Below are positions 62,103-64,000 of a stretch of DNA of 64,000 nucleotides, one piece after another. A program made the position numbers and the translations under genes. Origin of the DNA: Candidatus Kerfeldbacteria bacterium (lineage in GTDB: Bacteria > Patescibacteriota > Patescibacteriia > UBA10025 > JAHIVO01); NCBI GenBank assembly GCA_016214565.1, contig JACROE010000002.1, positions 600,007 to 664,006 on the forward strand. The letters run 5' to 3'. The notes under the pieces were generated by a model. The model was not told where the DNA came from, did not search any database, and saw only the letters and a list, made by a program, of their open reading frames with translations. Each line of letters begins with the position of its first letter. Within the stretch, counting starts at the first letter, position 1.

Positions 62103-62936
62103 GTGTCCAGGATTGACCGACCACATATTTCTATTCCTACTACAAATCGAGCCCTCTATCCAAAGGCGGATCCACTGCAACGGCTGCCCGAAGCACTCGA
62201 GCGACGGGTGCGGGGTAGTCTTCGACCGAAGCGCGTCTTGGTGAAAAAGTCGGGTATCATTTCGTTGGACATTCAGGTAGAACAATTTCATAACGTGCAA
62301 TACCATATTGCTGCGGGCATCACCGTCACATTTGTGTTGATTGGTGCTATACCGGTGATTAATTCGGGTTTGCACCTCGTGACCTGCCAACTCAGTCGTA
62401 ATAGTCGCGTCACGGTCATTCAGGCTCTGAGCGGTGGCGCGCGGGTGGATACCCATCTGCGGTTTGAGCTGCAGGGGAGCGGCGCCGTGGCGAATTATCG
62501 CGGGGTGCTGTTTGGCCAAGCGCGATCGCAGCATGCGCTGCATCTGATCATGCACCATCAGGCGCCGCACACGTCGGGTGACATACTCCTGAAAGGGGTT
62601 TATACTGAGCAGAGTAAGGGTGTCATCACCGGCTTGATCAAGATTGACCGTCGCGCCCAGGACACTGATTCGTATTTTGGTGATGATGTACTTCTCTTTG
62701 ATCAGGGCATGACCGCTTCCGAGCCGATGCTGGAGATAGAGGCAGATAACGTCCGCGCTTCGCATGGCTCAACCACGGGTCGAGTCAATAGTGATCAATT
62801 ATTTTATCTCCAATCGCGCGGCCTCTCGTACCAGCAAGCACGGTATATGATCATCCAGGGTTTTTTCCAACCAGTACTGGCTAACGCGCCTGAGGCGCAG
62901 CAAGCTCAACTTTCTTCATTTATTAAAGCGCTATGA
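62103..62936 (+). CDS. sufD: Fe-S assembly protein SufD (short)
   Basis: PMLEIEADNVRASHGST, QLFYLQSRGL. Confidence 0.9.
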   Translation: MSRIDRPHISIPTTNRALYPKADPLQRLPEALERRVRGSLRPKRVLVKKSGIISLDIQVEQFHNVQYHIAAGITVTFVLIGAIPVINSGLHLVTCQLSRNSRVTVIQALSGGARVDTHLRFELQGSGAVANYRGVLFGQARSQHALHLIMHHQAPHTSGDILLKGVYTEQSKGVITGLIKIDRRAQDTDSYFGDDVLLFDQGMTASEPMLEIEADNVRASHGSTTGRVNSDQLFYLQSRGLSYQQARYMIIQGFFQPVLANAPEAQQAQLSSFIKAL

Positions 62937-64000
62937 GTTTTGATCCCCAATTGGTAAAAAAAGATTTTCCGATACTCAACCAGCCAGATAATCCGGGTTT
63001 GGTTTATCTTGATTCCACCGCTTCCAGCCAAAAACCACAATCGGTGATTGATGCTATGAGTACGCTTTACCGAACCTCGTATGCTAATGTCCACCGGGGG
63101 ATTTATCAGTTGTCAGAGAAGGCGTCAGAGGCGTATGAAAAAGCTCGGGCGACCGTGGCGCGATTTATTGATGCGGACCCAGCCGAGGTTATCTTTACTC
63201 GCAATGCCACCGAGAGTATTAATCTGGTCGCCTATACCTGGGGCAATGCAAATCTGAAAGCAGGAGATGAAATCATCATCACCGAAATGGAGCACCACGC
63301 CAATATCGTGCCGTGGCAGCAGCTCGCTCTGCGCACGGGTGCTATTCTTAAGTGGTGGCCAGTCACCGCTGACTATCGATTAGATTTGGCTGATTTGTCG
63401 AAACTATTTTCTCCCAAGACAAAACTGGTTGCCTGTACGCACATGTCGAACGTATTAGGAACGGTCAATCCAGTCGTAGAGATTATTGCTGCTATACGCA
63501 ACTTCAATAAAGATATTGTCATTTTGATTGACGGTGCCCAAAGCACTCCGCATCTGCCCGTCTCCATGGCGAGCCTCAAGCCCGATTTCTTTGCCTTTTC
63601 CTCACATAAAATGCTAGGACCGTCAGGCATGGGCGTATTATATGGCCGCCGAGAATTGTTGGAAGCAATGCCGCCATTTTTGACTGGCGGGGATATGATT
63701 TCCCGCGTCACCTTTACCGAGGCGCGGTGGAATGAATTGCCCTATAAATTTGAAGCAGGCACCCCGCATATTGCCGGCGCCGTTGGTCTGGCCGCAGCCA
63801 TTGAATATCTTGAGCGGCTGGGCATGGACGCTATTGCCGAGCATGAGCATCAGCTGACAGAGTACGGATTACGACGATTGAAAGAAATTCCTGGATTGCG
63901 ACTGATTGGTCCAGCTACGACCGACGCTCGTGGCGCTATTTTCTCTTTCATGCTACCGGAAGTACACCCGCATGATCTCGCTTCAATATTAGATGAACAG
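62933..64000 (+). CDS. sufS: Cysteine desulfurase SufS (truncated by window end)
   Basis: ATG 62933; YLDSTASSQKP, ANVHRG, MEHHANIVPW, FSSHKMLGP, FEAGTP, HPHD. Confidence 0.95.
   Translation, partial: MSFDPQLVKKDFPILNQPDNPGLVYLDSTASSQKPQSVIDAMSTLYRTSYANVHRGIYQLSEKASEAYEKARATVARFIDADPAEVIFTRNATESINLVAYTWGNANLKAGDEIIITEMEHHANIVPWQQLALRTGAILKWWPVTADYRLDLADLSKLFSPKTKLVACTHMSNVLGTVNPVVEIIAAIRNFNKDIVILIDGAQSTPHLPVSMASLKPDFFAFSSHKMLGPSGMGVLYGRRELLEAMPPFLTGGDMISRVTFTEARWNELPYKFEAGTPHIAGAVGLAAAIEYLERLGMDAIAEHEHQLTEYGLRRLKEIPGLRLIGPATTDARGAIFSFMLPEVHPHDLASILDEQ

Overview
A 64-kb bacterial chromosomal window. Gene style suggests a Patescibacteria/CPR organism: many small orphans, Asn/Thr-rich surface proteins, a long-form AMP phosphorylase and few Shine-Dalgarno sites in core genes. 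This is inference, not a taxonomic search. Housekeeping genes include rnj, secG, uvrC, uvrA, CIRCE-controlled groES-groEL, ppsA, dnaG-rpoD, typA, corA and a Fur-family-sufCBDS operon. There are four tRNA genes (Leu-CAG, Ser-GGA, two dissimilar Asn-GTT), a copper/zinc homeostasis block and several short palindromic repeat families. Three signals stand out, none of them in the ORF track. (1) An Asn-rich 18-aa leader peptide with complete 1:2/2:3/3:4 attenuator geometry sits directly upstream of the second tRNA-Asn gene, suggesting ribosome-mediated attenuation of a tRNA gene. (2) A two-radical-SAM operon ends in a 30-aa Lys/Thr-rich peptide ORF, a candidate new RiPP system. (3) An intact tRNA-Asn bracketed by a 15-bp inverted repeat is nested inside a hairpin-interrupted copy of itself that carries the CCA; a related arrangement occurs at tRNA-Ser. 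All calls come from reading the sequence; no database searches were run.
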